A DNA stretch of 62,415 bases from Nocardioidaceae bacterium. GTDB taxonomy: Bacteria; Actinomycetota; Actinomycetes; Propionibacteriales; Nocardioidaceae. The stretch is taken from the NCBI GenBank assembly GCA_025927955.1, contig JAICKK010000001.1:1-62415 (forward strand), written 5' to 3'. The notes below the pieces were generated by a model. The model did not search any database and had not been told where the DNA came from. It saw only the letters and a list, made by a program, of their open reading frames with translations. This document shows positions 17,941-28,091 of the stretch, piece after piece. Made by a program: the position numbers and the translations under genes. How positions within the stretch are numbered: position 1 is the first letter of the stretch; each line of letters begins with the position of its first letter.

Positions 17941-18996
17941 ATGCCCACAGCCGAGGCCGTCGAGGCGGAACAGACGCTCATACACGTTCTGTGGATCAAT
18001 GCGGGGCTCAGCTGCGACGGTGACTCCGTCTCCCTGACCGCGGCCACCCAGCCGAGCATCGAGGAGATCGCGCTCGGTGCCCTCCCGGGCCTTCCACAGG
18101 TGGCGGTGCATTGGCCGCTGATCGACTTCGAGTGCGGGCCCAACGGCGGTGCCGACGACTTCCTGGAGTGGTTCTTCAAGGCCGACCGCGGCGAGCTCGA
18201 GCCGTTCGTCCTCGTGGTCGAGGGGTCCATCCCGAACGAGAAGCTGCACGAGGATGGCTACTGGTGCGGCTTCGGGAACAACCCGGCGACCGGTCAGCCG
18301 ATGACCACCAGCGAGTGGCTGGACAGGCTGGCCCCGAAGGCGACCGCGATCGTGGCCGCCGGCACCTGTGCGACGTACGGTGGCATCCACGCCATGCAGG
18401 GCAACCCGACCGGTGCCATGGGCGTGCCCGACTACCTCGGCTGGCAGTGGAAGTCCAAGGCCGGCATCCCCATCGTCTGCGTGCCCGGCTGCCCGATCCA
18501 ACCGGACAACCTGTCCGAGACCCTGACCTACCTGCTCTACATGGCGACGGGTCAGGCGCCGATGATCCCGCTCGACGACGCACTGCGACCCACCTGGCTG
18601 TTCGGCCAGACGGTGCACGAGGGCTGCGACCGGGCGGGGTACTACGAGCAGGCGGACTTCGCCACCGAGTACGGCTCTCCCAAGTGCATCGTCAAGCTCG
18701 GCTGCTGGGGACCCACCGTCAAGTGCAACGTCCCCAAGCGGGGCTGGATGAACGGCATCGGCGGCTGCCCCAACGTCGGCGGCATCTGCATCGGCTGCAC
18801 GATGCCCGGGTTCCCGGACAAGTTCATGCCCTTCATGGACGAGCCACCCGGCGGGAAGCTCTCCACGAACGCCGTCGGCCCGTACGGCGCTACGATGCGC
18901 CGCCTGCGCCACCTCACCACGCACACGCTGGACAAGGAGCCCAAGTGGCGCTCCAAGGGATCCCAGCTGACCACCGGCGCCACCCGAACCTGGTAA
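17941..18996 (+). CDS. hhyS: Group 1h [NiFe]-hydrogenase small subunit
   Basis: GLSCDGD, AGTCATYGG, VPGCP, HEGC, KLGCWGP..KCN, GCP..GGICIGC; no Tat leader. Confidence 0.96.
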   Translation: MPTAEAVEAEQTLIHVLWINAGLSCDGDSVSLTAATQPSIEEIALGALPGLPQVAVHWPLIDFECGPNGGADDFLEWFFKADRGELEPFVLVVEGSIPNEKLHEDGYWCGFGNNPATGQPMTTSEWLDRLAPKATAIVAAGTCATYGGIHAMQGNPTGAMGVPDYLGWQWKSKAGIPIVCVPGCPIQPDNLSETLTYLLYMATGQAPMIPLDDALRPTWLFGQTVHEGCDRAGYYEQADFATEYGSPKCIVKLGCWGPTVKCNVPKRGWMNGIGGCPNVGGICIGCTMPGFPDKFMPFMDEPPGGKLSTNAVGPYGATMRRLRHLTTHTLDKEPKWRSKGSQLTTGATRTW

Positions 18997-19041
18997 CCCG
19001 GCCGCACCCCCGAACGTCCATTCACGAAGGCGAGGCGGCGC

Positions 19042-20835
19042 ATGACGTCGACCATCCCCAGGCCCAGCAGCGTGTCCACCGACCCGCAGGGCCTGACCGA
19101 GATGTCCTGGGACCCGATCACCAGGATCGTGGGCTCCCTCGGCATCTACACCAAGATCGACTTCGGCAACCGGACGGTCGCCGAGTGCCACAGCACCAGC
19201 TCGATCTTCCGTGGCTACTCGATCTTCATGAAGGGCAAGGACCCGCGAGACGCGCACTTCATCACCAGCCGCATCTGCGGCATCTGCGGCGACAACCACG
19301 CGACCTGCTCCTGCTACGCGCAGAACATGGCGTACGGCGTGAAGCCACCACATCTCGGTGAGTGGATCGTCAACCTCGGCGAGGCCGCGGAGTACATGTT
19401 CGACCACAACATCTTCCAGGAGAACCTGGTCGGGGTGGACTACTGCGAGAAGATGGTCGCCGAGACCAACCCCGGCGTCCTGGAGCGGGCGAACTCCACC
19501 GAGGCGCCGCACGCTAACGCCCACGGGTACCGAACCATCGGCGACATCATGCGATCGCTGAACCCGTTCACCGGCGAGTTCTACCGCGAGGCCCTGCAGG
19601 TCAGCCGCCTCACCCGCGAGATGTTCTGCCTGATGGAGGGTCGTCACGTCCACCCCTCCACGCTCTACCCGGGCGGGGTGGGCACCGTTGCGACGATCCA
19701 GCTGATGACCGACTACCTCACCCGCCTGCAGCGCTACGTCGAGTTCATGAAGAAGGTCGTGCCGATGCACGACGACCTCTTCGACTTCTTCTACGAGGCG
19801 CTGCCCGGCTACGAGGAGGTCGGCAACCGGCGGATCCTGCTCGCCTGCTGGGGATCGTTCCAGGATCCCGAGCACTGCAACTTCGACTACAAGGACATGA
19901 CGAACTGGGGACGCAGGATGTATGTCACCCCCGGCGTCGTCGTGGACGGCAGGCTGGTGACCACCGACCTGGTGGAGATCAACCTCGGCATCCGGATCCT
20001 GCTCGGCTCGTCGTACTACGACGACTGGGAGGACCAGGAGACCTTCGTGACCCACGACCCCCTCGGCAACACCGTGGACCGGCGGCACCCCTGGAACCAG
20101 CACACGAACCCCAAGCCGCAGAAGCGCGACCTCGATGAGAAGTACTCCTGGGTGATGTCCCCGCGCTGGTACGACGGCAAGGACTACCTCGCGCTGGACA
20201 CCGGCGGGGGCCCGCTCGCCCGGCTCTGGTCGACCGCCCTGGCCGGGCTGGTGGACATCGGCTATGTCCGGTCCACCGGCAGCTCGGTGAAGATCAACCT
20301 GCCCAAGACCGCACTGAAGGGTCCCGTCGAGCTGGAGTGGAAGGTCCCCCGCTGGAGCAACACCATCGAGCGGAACCGGGCGCGCACCTACTTCCAGGCC
20401 TACGCCGCCGCGTGTGCGCTGCACTTCGCGGAGAAGGCACTGGTCGAGATCCGCGCGGGCCGGACCAAGACGTGGGAGAAGTTCGACGTCCCCGACGAGG
20501 CGATCGGCTGCGGCTTCACGGAGGCCGTGCGCGGCGTGCTTTCGCACCACATGGTGATCCGCGACGGCAAGATCGCCAACTACCATCCCTACCCGCCGAC
20601 CCCGTGGAACGCGAGCCCGCGGGACTCCTACGGGACCCCGGGTCCCTACGAGGACGCCGTGCAGGGGCAGCCGATCTTCGAGGAGAACGACCGGGAGCAC
20701 TTCAAGGGCATCGACATCATGCGCACCGTCCGCAGCTTCGACCCGTGCCTGCCGTGCGGGGTGCACATGTACCTCGGCGAGGGCCACAAGCTCGAGCTGC
20801 TGCACTCGCCCACCCAGTCCGCCGGCGTCGGCTGA
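19042..20835 (+). CDS. hhyL: Group 1h [NiFe]-hydrogenase large subunit
   Basis: WDPITRIVGSL; L1 TSRICGICGDNH; L2 SFDPCLPCGVH. Confidence 0.97.
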   Translation: MTSTIPRPSSVSTDPQGLTEMSWDPITRIVGSLGIYTKIDFGNRTVAECHSTSSIFRGYSIFMKGKDPRDAHFITSRICGICGDNHATCSCYAQNMAYGVKPPHLGEWIVNLGEAAEYMFDHNIFQENLVGVDYCEKMVAETNPGVLERANSTEAPHANAHGYRTIGDIMRSLNPFTGEFYREALQVSRLTREMFCLMEGRHVHPSTLYPGGVGTVATIQLMTDYLTRLQRYVEFMKKVVPMHDDLFDFFYEALPGYEEVGNRRILLACWGSFQDPEHCNFDYKDMTNWGRRMYVTPGVVVDGRLVTTDLVEINLGIRILLGSSYYDDWEDQETFVTHDPLGNTVDRRHPWNQHTNPKPQKRDLDEKYSWVMSPRWYDGKDYLALDTGGGPLARLWSTALAGLVDIGYVRSTGSSVKINLPKTALKGPVELEWKVPRWSNTIERNRARTYFQAYAAACALHFAEKALVEIRAGRTKTWEKFDVPDEAIGCGFTEAVRGVLSHHMVIRDGKIANYHPYPPTPWNASPRDSYGTPGPYEDAVQGQPIFEENDREHFKGIDIMRTVRSFDPCLPCGVHMYLGEGHKLELLHSPTQSAGVG

Positions 20836-20848
20836 GGCCGGCGAACGC

Positions 20849-21799
20849 ATGGCACATCCCGGCACGCACGAGGCGCACCCGCCGACCGACCTCCGGGGCA
20901 CCGGCGAGCGCATCGACGCCCTGATCGAGGCGGTGTCGGCCCCGGGGCAGGCGAACGCGCATCGGGCCCGGGAGCGCGCCGAGGAGCTGGTGCGGGTCGT
21001 GACCGACCTGTACGGCACGGGCCTGGAGCGACTGCTGGAGATCGTCTACGACAGCGGCCGGCTCGACGACGAGCTGCTCGGTCTCCTGGCAGCCGACGAC
21101 CTCGTGGCCAGCCTGCTGATGGTGCACGGGCTCCACCCGTATGACGTCCGGACGCGGGTCGAGCAGGCGCTCGAGAGCGTCCGCCCCTACCTCGGGTCCC
21201 ACGGCGGTGACGTCGAGCTCGTCGAGGTGACCGACGGTGGCGTCGTGCGCCTGCGGCTGCTGGGCTCCTGCGAGAGCTGCCCGTCGTCCTCGGTGACGCT
21301 CGAGCTTGCGGTCCGGGACGCCGTCGAGGCCGCGGCGCCCGAGGTGACCTCCATCGAGGTTGACGCCTCGGCCGAGGACGAGGCGCACGGTCCGCTGATC
21401 CCGGTCGACGCCCTGCGCACGCGGCTCGACGCCCAGGGCGTGGGTGCGGGCACGAGCTGGCACACGCTGCCGGCGCTCGCCGGCCTCACGCCCGGAACGG
21501 CGACGACGGCCACGGCCGGTGGCACGGCCCTGTTCGTGTGCAAGGTGGGCCGGGACCTGTTCGCGTTCCGGGACGTCTGTGCCCGCTGCGCGAGCTCGCT
21601 GGACGCGGCGGTTCCCGAGCGCCGGCTGGGCGGTGCCGTCGGCGACGCGGTGCTGACCTGTCCCCGGTGCAGCGCCCACTACGACGTACGCCGTGCCGGT
21701 GCCTGCCTCGACGTGGCCGACCTGCACCTCGACCCGCTGCCCCTGCTGGTGGACGGCGCGGACGTGTCGGTCGCGCTGCCGGCGGCGGTGAGCGCATGA
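20849..21799 (+). CDS. hhyE: NifU-C/Rieske-like Fe-S protein of group 1h operons
   Basis: VRPYLGSHGGDVE..GSCESCPSS; Rieske-like CARC...CPRCSAHYD. Confidence 0.88.
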   Translation: MAHPGTHEAHPPTDLRGTGERIDALIEAVSAPGQANAHRARERAEELVRVVTDLYGTGLERLLEIVYDSGRLDDELLGLLAADDLVASLLMVHGLHPYDVRTRVEQALESVRPYLGSHGGDVELVEVTDGGVVRLRLLGSCESCPSSSVTLELAVRDAVEAAAPEVTSIEVDASAEDEAHGPLIPVDALRTRLDAQGVGAGTSWHTLPALAGLTPGTATTATAGGTALFVCKVGRDLFAFRDVCARCASSLDAAVPERRLGGAVGDAVLTCPRCSAHYDVRRAGACLDVADLHLDPLPLLVDGADVSVALPAAVSA

Positions 21800-22455
21800 G
21801 TCCCGCCTCCCGCTCGGGCCCGGCGCTCGGCACGCTGCGCCGCATCAACGCCAGCCGTTCCTCGGTCGTGCCCGGCGAACGGTGCGAGATGTGCTCGGCG
21901 CAGGTGGCCGACGAGCACCAGCACGTCGTCGACCTGCACAGCCGCAGCCTGATGTGCACCTGCCGGCCCTGCTACCTGCTGTTCACCGACCAGCAGGCGG
22001 ACCTGCGCTACCGCGCGGTTCCCGACCGCTACCTGGCGTTCCCCGGCTTCCGGCTCGACCAGAGCGACTGGGACGACCTGCAGATCCCCGTGGGGCTGGT
22101 GTTCCTGTTCGAGAACAGCGTGCAGCAGCGGGTGGCGGCGTTCTACCCGAGCCCGGCCGGCGCGACCGAGTCCGAGCTGTCGATGTCCGCGTGGTCCCGG
22201 GTCCTCGCAGCGAACCCGGGTCTGGACACCGTGCTCCCGGACGTGGAGGCGCTGCTCGTCCGTGGCGGCGGCCGTCGGGCGGACGACGACGGGTTCACCT
22301 GTCACGTGGTCCCCATCGACGCGTGCTACGAGCTGGTCGGACGGATGCGCGCCACCTGGCGTGGGTTCGACGGCGGCCAGGAGGCGCGCGCCGCCCTCGA
22401 CGACTTCTTCACGAAGGTCGACGCCCGAAGCACTCCCGTGCAGGCAGCCCCATGA
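21796..22455 (+). CDS. DUF5947 hydrogenase-associated protein (HhaA-like)
   Basis: ERCEMC...H.H...C.C..C, FYPSPAGATESEL, VPIDACYELVG, WRGFDGG. Confidence 0.88.
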   Translation: MSPASRSGPALGTLRRINASRSSVVPGERCEMCSAQVADEHQHVVDLHSRSLMCTCRPCYLLFTDQQADLRYRAVPDRYLAFPGFRLDQSDWDDLQIPVGLVFLFENSVQQRVAAFYPSPAGATESELSMSAWSRVLAANPGLDTVLPDVEALLVRGGGRRADDDGFTCHVVPIDACYELVGRMRATWRGFDGGQEARAALDDFFTKVDARSTPVQAAP

Positions 22456-23111
22456 GTGAGTGGTCCTTCAGCGTCGTCGACGTCGCGCCCACGCCGTACG
22501 CAGCGACCCCCGAGCTGACCGCTCGGCTGTGCATCCAGGAGGGGACCGGTGCGCGCGTCCACGCGGTCGCGCTCCACTGCCAGGTGCGCATCGAGCCCCA
22601 GCGCCGCGGCTACGACCTCGACGACGAGCGCGGCTTGCTCCCGCTCTTCGGTCAGCGGGACCGCTGGCCGCAGACCCTCAAGCCGTTCCTGTGGATGCAC
22701 TGCGACACCACGGTGCAGGGCTTCACGGGAAGCACCGAGGTCGACCTCCCCCTGCCGTGCACCTACGACTTCGACGTCACCGGCTCGCGCTACCTGCATG
22801 CCGTCGGCGGCGGCACCGTGCCGGTCGTGCTCATGTTCTCCGGCACGGTCTTCACCCGTGGCGACCACGGGTTCTCCGTCCAGCAGGTGCCCTGGGACAG
22901 CGAGGCCCGCTACGACCTGCCGGTGCGGGTGTGGCAGGACATGATCTCGACCTACTTCCCCCACGCCGGGTGGGTGCGGCTGGACCACGACGTGCTCGCC
23001 GAGCTCGGGGACTACCGCGCCCGGCACGGCCTGGTCTCCTGGGAGGAGACCGTCACCCATCTCCTGCAGCAGGTCGACGCGGTCGCCCCGGGCCGGGAGG
23101 TGGGCTCGTGA
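22452..23111 (+). CDS. DUF6084 hydrogenase-associated protein (HhaB-like)
   Basis: CQVRIEP.RR.Y, LFG...RW..T, PCTYDF, FSGTVF, VPW. Confidence 0.88.
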   Translation: MSEWSFSVVDVAPTPYAATPELTARLCIQEGTGARVHAVALHCQVRIEPQRRGYDLDDERGLLPLFGQRDRWPQTLKPFLWMHCDTTVQGFTGSTEVDLPLPCTYDFDVTGSRYLHAVGGGTVPVVLMFSGTVFTRGDHGFSVQQVPWDSEARYDLPVRVWQDMISTYFPHAGWVRLDHDVLAELGDYRARHGLVSWEETVTHLLQQVDAVAPGREVGS

Positions 23112-24427
23112 CCGTCGCCGACGAACGCCTGGCCAGGGCCCGCACGGTCGCCGACGCCGTGCTCTACGAGGGCTACCTGCTCTACCCCTACCGGGCGAGC
23201 TCGGAGAAGAACCGGAGCCGGTGGCAGTTCGGCGTGCTCGGTCCCCCGGGCGCGGCCGACCGAGGGCTGGGCGAGGCCGAGTCGATGACCCTGCACACGC
23301 TCCTCACCGACGTCACCGAGGGCTCGTCGCTCACCGTGCACCTGCGCTTCCTCCAGCTGCAGCACCGTCAGGTCTACGACGGGAAGGGCCGGGCCGTGCC
23401 GTCGCTGCGGGTAGGCGCCCGCAGCGAGCTCACCTGGGACGAGGCGGTCGAGCAGGAGGTCGCCGTCACCAGCACGTTGTCGACTGGTGCCAGGACCATC
23501 GAGCACCCGGTCCACGTGGACGGTGGTGAGGAGCGGGAGACGCTGGCGGCAGGCGGATCCGTCGTACGGCGGAGGTGGCCGCTGGAGGCGGTGGTCACGC
23601 TGTCCACCGAGCCGCACGGCCGGTTCACGCTGCTGCGCCTGCAGGTCCGCAACGACCATCCGCTGCGGCCCTCGACGAAGGACGATGCGACCCGCACGTC
23701 CCTGCTCGGCGCGCACGTGCTCGTCGGGGCCGAGCGCTGCGCCTTCGCCTCCGTGGTGGACCCCCCGTCCGATGCCCGCGAGATCGTCGACGCGGTCCGC
23801 CAGGACCGCTGCTGGCCGTTCCTCGCCGGCGAGGAGGGCGAGACGGACCTGCTGCTCGGGTCCCCCATCATCCTCTACGACCACCCGGAGGTGGCCGCCG
23901 AGAGCGCCGGCGCGCTGTTCGACGCCACGGAGATCGACGAGATCCTGACCCTTCGGGTGATGACGATGACCGACGCCGAGAAGGCAGAGGCCCGTGCGAC
24001 CGACCCCAGGGCGGCCGCGATCATCGACCGCTGCGACACGATGACGCCCGCCGACCTGCAGCAGATGCACGGCATCCTCCGCGACCCGCACGGGCCGCCG
24101 GGCACCGGCGACGCCCCCTGGTGGGATCCCGCCTCCGACGCCTCGCTCAGCCCCGGCAGCGACGCTGTCGTGGTCGACGGAGTGGCGGTGAGCAGGGGCA
24201 GCCTGGTCCGGGTCCACCCGAGCCGGCGGGCCGACGCGCAGGACCTGTTCTTCGCCGACCAGGTGGCCCGCGTGAGGGCCGTGCTTGCCGACGTCGACGG
24301 AGGCACCCACGTCGCCCTCGTGCTCGAGGACGACCCGGCTGCGGACCTCCACGACTGGTACGGCCGCTACTTCTACTTCGCCCCGGACGAGATCGAGCCC
24401 TTGGATGCAGCACGGAAGGAGAGCTGA
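23108..24427 (+). CDS. Hydrogenase-associated protein (HhaC-like)
   Basis: ADAVLYEGYLLYPYR, RWQFG, SPIILYDHP, DATEIDEIL, DAQD, GRYFYF. Confidence 0.88.
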   Translation: MTVADERLARARTVADAVLYEGYLLYPYRASSEKNRSRWQFGVLGPPGAADRGLGEAESMTLHTLLTDVTEGSSLTVHLRFLQLQHRQVYDGKGRAVPSLRVGARSELTWDEAVEQEVAVTSTLSTGARTIEHPVHVDGGEERETLAAGGSVVRRRWPLEAVVTLSTEPHGRFTLLRLQVRNDHPLRPSTKDDATRTSLLGAHVLVGAERCAFASVVDPPSDAREIVDAVRQDRCWPFLAGEEGETDLLLGSPIILYDHPEVAAESAGALFDATEIDEILTLRVMTMTDAEKAEARATDPRAAAIIDRCDTMTPADLQQMHGILRDPHGPPGTGDAPWWDPASDASLSPGSDAVVVDGVAVSRGSLVRVHPSRRADAQDLFFADQVARVRAVLADVDGGTHVALVLEDDPAADLHDWYGRYFYFAPDEIEPLDAARKES

Positions 24428-24430
24428 TCG

Positions 24431-24550
24431 ATGAGAACGGTCGGCATTGTCACCTCGGTGGTCGGCGCCGCCGCGATGGCGTTCGCCCTGGTGGTGGGGA
24501 TCACGGCGGTCCCCGACATCAAGAGGTACCTGAAGATCCGCAGCATGTGA
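24431..24550 (+). CDS. 39-aa single-TM small protein (DUF6893-like), absent from the ORF track
   Basis: GGAGAG RBS; MRTVGIVTSVVGAAAMAFALVVGITAVPDIKRYLKIRSM. Confidence 0.8.
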   Translation: MRTVGIVTSVVGAAAMAFALVVGITAVPDIKRYLKIRSM

Positions 24551-24686
24551 TGGGTCCCGCGTCGAGCGAAGAGGAGCCGACATGAGCACGACCCCAGTCA
24601 CGACGAGGACCCCGACATGACCGGGCCCGCACACGAGCCCGGCACCCCGCGGGCCGAGGACCAGCCCTGAAAGGGGGTCGATGACC

Positions 24687-24953
24687 GTGTGCCTTGGCAT
24701 CCCCGGACGGGTCGTGGACCTGGTGGACGGCTTCGGCGACCAGCTGGCCCTGGTCGACGTCCAGGGCGCGCAACGCCGTGTGAACGTCGGGATGCTCGAC
24801 GTGCCTCCGCATCCCGGCGAGTTGATCCTGATCCACATGGGCTTCGCGATGGAGGTCATCGACGACGCGCGGGCCGAGCAGGCGCTCTCGGGCCTGGAGC
24901 TGATGGGGCGTGCCCGCGAGCAGCCCACCGCGCCGGGGAGCTCCCTTGCCTGA
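24687..24953 (+). CDS. hypC: HypC/HupF hydrogenase chaperone (copy 1)
   Basis: GTG 24687 gives the canonical MCLGIPG; LIHMGFA. Confidence 0.9.
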   Translation: MCLGIPGRVVDLVDGFGDQLALVDVQGAQRRVNVGMLDVPPHPGELILIHMGFAMEVIDDARAEQALSGLELMGRAREQPTAPGSSLA

Positions 24954-27342
24954 CGTCGAGACGCTCGCTGCCCGCCCGGTCCAACGCCGCCGGATCGTGG
25001 TCCGCGGTGTGGTGCAAGGGGTCGGGTTCCGGCCGTTCGTGGCCCGGGCCGCCGCCGAGCTGCGCCTGTCCGGGCACTGCGGCAACGACGCCTTGAGCGT
25101 GTTCGTGGAGGCCGAGGGGACCCCCGCCGACCTCGACGAGCTGGTCCGCCGCCTCCGGGACGAGGCTCCGCCGCTGTCGGTGGTCGTCGACCTCCACAGC
25201 GAGGTGCTGAGCCCCCGGGGCGGCTCGCGGTTCGAGATCGTGCCGAGCAGGCGGCTCCCCGGCTCGCGCACGCTGGTCCCTCCCGACGTGGCCACCTGCG
25301 CGGACTGCCTGCGTGAGATGGCGGACCGCGAGGACCGGCGCTACCGCCACCCGTTCATCACCTGCACGAACTGCGGTCCCCGGTTCACGATCATCCAGGA
25401 TCTGCCCTATGACCGGCCGGCCACCACCATGGCGTCCTTCCCCCTGTGTGCTCGGTGTGAGGCCGAGTACGCCGACCCGGCGAACCGTCGCTACCACGCG
25501 CAGCCGATCTCGTGCCACGACTGCGGTCCGCGGCTGTGGGTCGAGGCCGACGGCCGACGACTGGCCCACGGGGATGACTCGACCCTCGCCCACGTCCATC
25601 GGGTCCTCGCCGACGGCGGGATCGTTGCCGTCAAGGGGATCGGAGGCTTCCATCTCGCGTGCGATGCGACCAACCCGGCGGTGGTGGCCCGGTTGCGGGC
25701 TCGCAAGCACCGCCCCGACAAGCCGTTCGCTGTGATGGCGCCCGACATCACGCAGATCGCCGGGTTCGCCGAGGTGTCGGCGGCCGAGCAAGCGGCGTTG
25801 TCCCGGCCGGCCCGGCCCATCGTGCTCCTGCGCAGGCGGGTCCCCTGCCCCCTCGCGGACGGTGTCGCGCCGGGACTCGACGAGGTCGGCGCGATGCTGG
25901 CCTACACACCGGTGCACCATCTGCTGTTCCGGCCGGTCCCCGGGGCGAGCGACCTCCCTCCGCAGGCCCTGGTGATGACCTCGGGAAACCTCTCCGGGGA
26001 GCCGCTGTGCCACACAGACGAGGATGCCCGGGACCGGCTGTCCGGGATCGCGGACGTGATCTTGATGCACGACCGGGCGATCGCAGTGCCGTGTGACGAC
26101 TCCGTGGTGGCCGTCTCGCGAGAGACCGAGCTGCCGGTGCGCCGCTCCCGCGGCTATGCGCCGCTCCCGGTCGTGCTGCCCGACGACGGCCCCGTGACCC
26201 TCGCCGTCGGCGCGGAGATCAAGAACACCTTCTGCCTGACCCGCCAGGACTACGCGTTCTGCTCGGGGCACCTGGGCGACATGGGCAGTCTCGAGGCCCA
26301 ACGGTCGTTCGAGTCCGCCGTAGCGCAGCTCCTCGCCCTGCACGGGGTGACGCCGGCGCTGGTCGTGGCCGACGACCATCCCGGGTACGCGACCCACGAA
26401 TGGGCGCAGCGGTACGCCGACGCCGCCGGGCTGCCACTGGACACCGTCCAGCACCATCACGCCCATGTCGCCTCCCTGCTCGCCGAGAGCGGGCGAATCG
26501 GGACGCCGGTCGTCGGCGTCGCCTTCGACGGCACCGGCTATGGGTGCGACCGCACCGTGTGGGGCGGGGAGGTGCTGTACGTCGGGGCCGACGTCACCAC
26601 CACCGTGCGGGTCGGCCACCTGGAGCCCTTCCTAATCGCCGGCGGCGACCACGCGGTGCGACACCCGTTCCGAGTGGCTCTCGGCCTGCTGCACGCGGCC
26701 GGCATCGAGGCCGGCGACCTGGATCTCGCCCGGAGCTGCTCCGACCGAGAGTGCCGGGCCGTCGCCTCACAGCTGTCCACCGGCATCGGGTGTGTCGCGA
26801 CCACGAGCGTGGGGCGGCTCTTCGACGGGGTCGCCTCCCTGCTCGGCGTGCGCCACCACGTCAGCTACGAGGCCCAGGCCGCCGTCGAGCTCGAGGCCCT
26901 CGCCCGTTCCGCCACCACCGCCGTCGACCTGCCGATGCGGGTCACCGACGGCACGCTGTGCCACACCGAGCTCGTCGCGGCCCTGGTCGAGGGCGTCCAC
27001 GCGGGCCTGCCGAGGGCAGGGCTGGCGCTGGGATTCCACCGTGCGCTTGCCGCGGCCGCGACCGAGCTCGTCGTGCGGGCCGCGCACGACTGCGAGGTGG
27101 AGACCGTGGGCCTGACCGGTGGCGTGTTCGCCAACAGGCTGCTGCTGGAGGAGATGCGCACGCGTCTAGGAGCCGCCGGGCTGCTCGTGCTCACGCATCG
27201 ACGGGTCCCGGCCAACGACGGTGGCCTCTCCCTCGGGCAGGCCGTCGTGGGACGAGCCAGGGCGGCGCACCGAGGGTCGACGGCCCGCAAGGCCAGGACA
27301 GCCAGGACAGCGATGACAGCGAGGACAGGAGGAGACGCATGA
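24946..27342 (+). CDS. hypF: Carbamoyltransferase HypF
   Basis: GVVQGVGFRP, two CxxC..CxxC zinc fingers, VKGIGGFHL, QHHHAH, DGTGYG, PANDGG. Confidence 0.97.
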   Translation: MPDVETLAARPVQRRRIVVRGVVQGVGFRPFVARAAAELRLSGHCGNDALSVFVEAEGTPADLDELVRRLRDEAPPLSVVVDLHSEVLSPRGGSRFEIVPSRRLPGSRTLVPPDVATCADCLREMADREDRRYRHPFITCTNCGPRFTIIQDLPYDRPATTMASFPLCARCEAEYADPANRRYHAQPISCHDCGPRLWVEADGRRLAHGDDSTLAHVHRVLADGGIVAVKGIGGFHLACDATNPAVVARLRARKHRPDKPFAVMAPDITQIAGFAEVSAAEQAALSRPARPIVLLRRRVPCPLADGVAPGLDEVGAMLAYTPVHHLLFRPVPGASDLPPQALVMTSGNLSGEPLCHTDEDARDRLSGIADVILMHDRAIAVPCDDSVVAVSRETELPVRRSRGYAPLPVVLPDDGPVTLAVGAEIKNTFCLTRQDYAFCSGHLGDMGSLEAQRSFESAVAQLLALHGVTPALVVADDHPGYATHEWAQRYADAAGLPLDTVQHHHAHVASLLAESGRIGTPVVGVAFDGTGYGCDRTVWGGEVLYVGADVTTTVRVGHLEPFLIAGGDHAVRHPFRVALGLLHAAGIEAGDLDLARSCSDRECRAVASQLSTGIGCVATTSVGRLFDGVASLLGVRHHVSYEAQAAVELEALARSATTAVDLPMRVTDGTLCHTELVAALVEGVHAGLPRAGLALGFHRALAAAATELVVRAAHDCEVETVGLTGGVFANRLLLEEMRTRLGAAGLLVLTHRRVPANDGGLSLGQAVVGRARAAHRGSTARKARTARTAMTARTGGDA

Positions 27343-28091
27343 CGATGACACAGGAACCGGCCGCGCTGATCGGGAAGGACCTGAGCGACGACCTCGCAGC
27401 CGCCTCGCTCGCGCTCGCCCGCAAGTTCCACGCCGGAGCAACCCTCTGGGTGGTCTCACCTCAGTGGGAACCCCATGCCCACCACGTGGCCGTCGAGTTC
27501 GTGCACCCGGTGATCATGGGCAAGCGGGCCCTGCCGTCCGTCGCGCTGGTCGATCCCGACCCGGTCGCCCAGGCGCGGGTGGCGACCCGCCCCGGGGACG
27601 TGATCATCGCCGTGGCCTCCGCCGCCGACCCGCGGGTGGTCGACCTGATGCGTCGGGCCCCGGCGTGGGGAGCGCAGACGATCTGGATCGGCTTCGGCGC
27701 CAGACCCGCGGCGGGCAGCGCCGACCACGTGCTGTGGGTGGAGTCCGACGACCCGATGGTGCCGGCCACCGGTCGGTTCGTCCTGATGTACCACCTGCTC
27801 TGGGAGCTGACGCACGTCTGCTTCGAGCATCCGGGGCTGCTCACCATGGCCGACGACGGCGGCCGGGACTGCACCGACGAGGTGTGCGTGACATGCAGCG
27901 ACGAAGGGCGGCTCGGCGAGGTGGTGATGGCACCGGAGTCCGAGGTCTCCCCCGCGCTCGTGCGTACCGCCACCGGTGAGGAGGCGGTCGACGTCACGCT
28001 CGTCGGCCCGGTGGAGCCCGGCGACCTGCTGCTGGTCCACGCCGGCGCCGCCCTCACCCGGCTGGACGACGTCACGGGGGCAGCGTCGTGA
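27339..28091 (+). CDS. Degenerate SIS domain fused to a C-terminal HypC-like domain
   Basis: HVAVEFVHPVIMGKRALP, YHLLWELTHV; CVTCSDEG...LLVHAG. Confidence 0.82.
   Translation: MTMTQEPAALIGKDLSDDLAAASLALARKFHAGATLWVVSPQWEPHAHHVAVEFVHPVIMGKRALPSVALVDPDPVAQARVATRPGDVIIAVASAADPRVVDLMRRAPAWGAQTIWIGFGARPAAGSADHVLWVESDDPMVPATGRFVLMYHLLWELTHVCFEHPGLLTMADDGGRDCTDEVCVTCSDEGRLGEVVMAPESEVSPALVRTATGEEAVDVTLVGPVEPGDLLLVHAGAALTRLDDVTGAAS

Noticed and set aside
19042-20835. Group 1h hydrogenase itself as a novelty, or a selenocysteine variant
   Set aside because: It is a well-described family with canonical L1/L2 Cys motifs and no in-frame TGA.
17851-21018. 1055-aa minus-strand ORF, and similar long ORFs such as 56351-59329, 47898-50594 and 23012-24928
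   Set aside because: These are antisense shadows of real genes, expected from high-GC codon bias, and show no motifs.
27292-27330. 9-bp tandem repeat at the hypF 3' end (ARTARTAMTART)
   Set aside because: It is an in-frame slippage in a non-conserved tail with no functional signal.
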